NCBI GenBank assembly: GCA_964016885.1
Contig: CAXHJY010001634.1
Coordinates: forward strand, 6,001 to 70,000
Source of the DNA: Eledone cirrhosa
Lineage: Eukaryota
Length of the DNA stretch: 64,000 bases
Reading direction: 5' to 3'
Part shown: positions 61,201-64,000 of the stretch, piece by piece
How the letters are laid out: each line of letters starts with the position of its first letter
How positions within the stretch are numbered: position 1 is the first letter of the stretch
Made by a program: the position numbers and the translations under genes
The notes under the pieces: generated by a model
Database searches by the model: none
Told to the model about the DNA's origin: nothing
What the model saw: the letters and a program-made list of their open reading frames with translations, nothing else

Positions 61201-63998
61201 GCGGCACCAATGTCTACAACAGCAACAACACCGGCACCAATGTCTACAACAACAACAACAGCGGCACCAATGTCTACAACAACAACAACACCGGCACCAA
61301 TGTCTACAACAACAACAACAGCGGCACCAATGTCTACAACAACAACAACAGCGGCACCAATGTCTACAACAACAACAACAGCGGCACCAATGTCTACAAC
61401 AACAACAACAGCGGCACCAATGTCTACAACAGCAACAACACCGGCACCAATGTCTACAACAACAACAACAGCGGCACCAATGTCTACAACAACAACAACA
61501 ACAGCGGCACCAATGTCTACAACAACAACAACAACAGCGGCACCAATGTCTACAACAACAACAACAACAGCGGCACCAATATCTACAACAACAACAACAG
61601 CGGCACCAATGTCTACAACAACAACAACACCGGCACCAATGTCTACAACAACAACAACAGCGGCACCAATGTCTACAACAACAACAACAGCGGCACCAAT
61701 GTCTACAACAACAACAACAACAGCGGCACCAATGTCTACAACAACAACAACAGCAACGGCACCAATGTCTACAACAACAACAACAGCGGCACCAATGTCT
61801 ACAACAACAACAACAACACCGGCACCAATGTCTACAACAACAACAACAGCGGCACCAATGTCTACAACAACAGCAACAACAGCGGCACCAGTGTCTACAA
61901 CAACAACAGCGGCACCAATGTCTACAACAACAACACAACACCGGCACCAATGTCTACAACAACAACAACAACAGCGGCACCAATGTCTACAACAACAACA
62001 ACAGCGGCACCAATGTCTACAACAACAACAACAGCGGCACCAATGTCTACAACAACAACAACAGCGGCACCAATGTCTACAACAACAACAACAGCGGCAC
62101 CAATGTCTACAACAACAACAACACCGGCACCAATGTCTACAACAACAACAACAACAGCGGCACCAATGTCTACAACAACAACAACAGCGGCACCAATGTC
62201 TACAACAACAACAACAGCGGCACCAATGTCTACAACAACAACAACAGCGGCACCAATGTCTACAACAACAACACCGGCACCAATGTCTACAACAACAACA
62301 ACAACAGCGGCACTAATGTCTACAACAACAACAACAACAGCGGTACCAATGTCTACAACAACAACAACAGCGGCACCAATGTCTACAACAACAACACGGG
62401 CACCAATGTCTACAACAACAACAACAGCGGCACCAATGTCTACAACAACAACAACACCGGCACCAATGTCTACAACAACAACAACAGCGGCACCAATGTC
62501 TACAACAACAACAACACTGGCACCAATGTCTACAACAACAACAACAGCGGCACCAATGTCTACAACAACAACAACAGCGGCACCAATGTCTACAACAACA
62601 ACAACACAGGCACCAATGTCTACAACAACAACAACACAGGCACCAATGTCTACAACAACAACAACAACAGCGGCACCAATGTCTACAACAACAACAACAG
62701 CGGCACCAATGTCTACAACAACAACAACAACAGCGGCACCAATGTCTACAACAACAACAACACCGGCACCAATGTCTACAACAACAACAACAGCGGCACC
62801 AATGTCTACAACAACAACAACAGCGGCACCAATGTCTACAACAACAACAACACAGGCACCAATGTCTACAATAACAACAACACAGGCACCAATGTCTACA
62901 ACAACAACAACACCGGCACCAATGTCTACAACAACAACATCAGCGGCACCAATGTCTACAACAACAACAACACCGGCACCAATATCTACAACAACAACAA
63001 CAGCGGCACCAATGTCTACAACAACAACAACAGCGGCACCAATGTCTACAACAACAACACCGGCACCAATGTCTACAACAACAACAACAGCGGCACCAAT
63101 GTCTACAACAACAACAACAGTGGCACCAATGTCTACAACAACAACAACAGCGGCACCAATGTCTACAACAACAACAACAGCGGCACGAATGTCTACAACA
63201 ACAACAACAACTCCGGCACCAATATCTACAACAACAACAACAACAGCGGCACCAATGTCTACAACAACAACAACAGCGGCACCAATGTCTACAACAACAA
63301 CAACAACAACAACACCGGCACCAATGTCTACAACAACAACAACAACAACAACACCGGCACCAATGTCTACAACAACAACAACAGCGGCACCAATGTCTAC
63401 AACAACAACAACAACAACAACACCGGCACCAATGTCTACAACAACAACAACACCGGCACCAATGTCTACAACAACAACAACAGCGGCACCAATGTCTACA
63501 ACAACAACAACAACAGCGGCACCAATGTCTACAACAACAACAACAGCGGCACCAATGTCTACAACAACAACAACAACAGCGGCACCAATGTCTACAACAA
63601 CAACAACAACAGCGGCACCAATGTCTACAACAACAACAACAACACCGGCACCAATGTCTACAACAACAACAACAACAGCGGCACCAATGTCTACAACAAC
63701 AACAACAGCGGCACCAGTGTCTACAACAACAACAACAACAACGGCACCAATGTCTACAACAACAACAACAGCGGCACCAATGTCTACAACAACAGCAACA
63801 ACAGCGGCACCAATGTCTACAACAACAACAACAGCGGCACCAATGTCTACAACAACAACAACAACAGCGGCACCAATGTCTACAACAACAACAACAACAG
63901 CGGCACCAATGTCTACAACAACAACAACAACAACAACAGCGGCACCAATGTCTACAACAACAACAACAACAGCGGCACCAATGTCTACAACAACAACA
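3..63998 (+). CDS. Putative partial CDS (both ends outside the window) of a giant mucin-like PTS-repeat glycoprotein, (A/P)APMS-T(3-9), about 21,300 codons, with two frameshifts (13244-13246 and ~61933-61934)
   Basis: The Thr register is open as frame +3 at 3-13244, frame +1 at 13246-61932 and frame +3 at 61935-63998. The product is about half Thr plus Ser/Ala/Pro/Met, typical of O-glycosylated mucin PTS domains (established knowledge). No signal peptide, VWD, CysD, SEA or TM domain is visible, so the family assignment is inference from composition only. Confidence 0.65.
13244..13246 (+). other. +1 A frameshift within an (ACA)5 run
   Basis: The sequence reads tct aca aca aca A aca aca ccg. 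The ATG phase changes from 0 mod 3 (13230) to 1 mod 3 (13261). Confidence 0.97.
13246..61932 (+). CDS. Longest uninterrupted Thr-register segment (16,229 codons), the core of the listed ORF 13261..62316
   Basis: From the ORF track and direct reading. ATG 13261 is just the first repeat Met after the +1 insertion. The QHRHQCLQQQ tail and stop at 62314-62316 come from reading out of register after ~61933. Confidence 0.65.
13943..25797 (+). repeat. Near-perfect tandem duplication, period 5,946 bp (13943-19851 and 19889-25797)
   Basis: Rare variants recur at exactly +5946: ATG-CCT 14668/20614, AAA 15112/21058, ACT 15967/21913, GCG-ACA 16798/22744, CGG 18373/24319, ATT 19252/25198, GTG 19558/25504. 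Confidence 0.93.
29311..31500 (+). repeat. Tandem duplication, period 1,071 bp
   Basis: The GCG-ACA-CCA (ATP) unit followed by a GTG unit occurs at 30211 and 31282. The run-length pattern of the intervening units matches. Confidence 0.88.
36485..42230 (+). repeat. Tandem duplication, period 2,847 bp
   Basis: AGG 36556/39403, ATT 37198/40045, CTA 38017/40864 and CGG 38071/40918 are all offset by +2847. Copy 2 has private CCA>TCA (39550) and CCA>CAA (41884). Confidence 0.92.
44700..53920 (+). repeat. Imperfect tandem duplication, period about 4.5-4.7 kb (boundaries approximate)
   Basis: ACT 46492/50980 (+4488) and CGG 48373/53080 (+4707). The AAA, GTG, GCA-GCA, ATT, CTA and CAG-CAG markers appear in the same order in both copies. 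Confidence 0.8.
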
Positions 63999-64000
63999 AC
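57060..64000 (+). repeat. Long-range copy of about 27400-35550
   Basis: ACG-GCA-CCA-ACG 31867/60298, GCA-ACG 33331/61753, GTA 33916/62343 and CGA 34756/63186 are offset by about 28.4 kb. GCT 28924/58678 is offset by 29.75 kb; most of the extra is the 1,071-bp duplication. Confidence 0.88.
61933..61934 (+). other. Frameshift (+AC, equivalent to -1) within an (ACA)n run
   Basis: The sequence reads tct aca aca aca AC aca aca ccg. The ATG phase returns from 1 mod 3 (61918) to 0 mod 3 (61950). Confidence 0.97.

Larger units (their letters stand above)
1..64000 (+). repeat. Giant compound tandem array: 15-bp core (G/C)CGGCACCAATGTCT plus (ACA)3-9 microsatellite, unit 24-42 bp (mostly 30 or 33 bp), about 2,000 copies, extending beyond both window edges
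   Basis: Seen directly: every line consists of this unit or a close variant. The consensus 30-mer has A13 C10 G4 T3, so the + strand is about 77% A+C. No non-repeat sequence is present. Confidence 0.99.

Noticed and set aside
13246-61932. Minus-strand open register (V)n-DIGA(A/G)
   Set aside because: It is the antisense of the Asn register and is open for compositional reasons. No start codon was seen, and a poly-Val product of this length is implausible.
61123-61950. Minus-strand 275-aa Cys-rich ORF
   Set aside because: Same antisense shadow. The start exists only because of the frameshift at ~61933.
61933-62316. Poly-Gln C-terminal domain and stop of the 16,351-aa ORF
   Set aside because: It is an out-of-register reading of the unchanged repeat. 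The array continues past the stop.
1-64000. CRISPR-like array (constant core plus variable spacer)
   Set aside because: The spacers are only (ACA)n, the core is 15 bp, and no leader or cas genes are present.
1-64000. Telomeric repeat (CA-rich / GT-rich strand asymmetry)
   Set aside because: Variable unit length, strict triplet structure and faithfully copied multi-kb higher-order blocks fit recombinational expansion rather than telomerase addition. There is no match to a telomere motif I recognise.
1-64000. Assigning a specific gene (MUC2, MUC5AC, TcMUC, gp900, Sgs)
   Set aside because: The similarity is compositional only. The AAPMS-Tn unit is not one I recognise and no diagnostic domain is in view.

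Overview
The whole 64-kb window is one tandem array of about 2,000 units (estimated as 64,000/~31 bp). The unit is GCG/CCG-GCA-CCA-ATG-TCT-(ACA)n, with n=3-9 (mostly 5-6). There is no unique sequence and both array ends lie outside the window. In the ACA=Thr register it reads (A/P)APMS-T(3-9), a mucin-type Pro/Thr/Ser domain of >21,000 codons with no visible stop. Only two indels break that register: +1 A at 13244-13246 and an extra AC at ~61933-61934. Both are absent from their sister copies, and together they sum to 0 mod 3. The listed 16,351-aa ORF is simply the stretch between them, so its start and stop are probably not real gene ends. Rare unit variants act as barcodes and show nested duplications at about 1.07, 1.7, 2.85, 4.5, 5.95 and 14.3 kb, plus a ~28-38 kb super-repeat. 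The best reading is the central exon of a giant eukaryotic mucin-like gene. Coding status is not proven, because no single substitution can turn the consensus codons into a stop and an Asn-rich second register is equally open. The organism and gene cannot be identified from this window. All coordinates and counts were read by eye.
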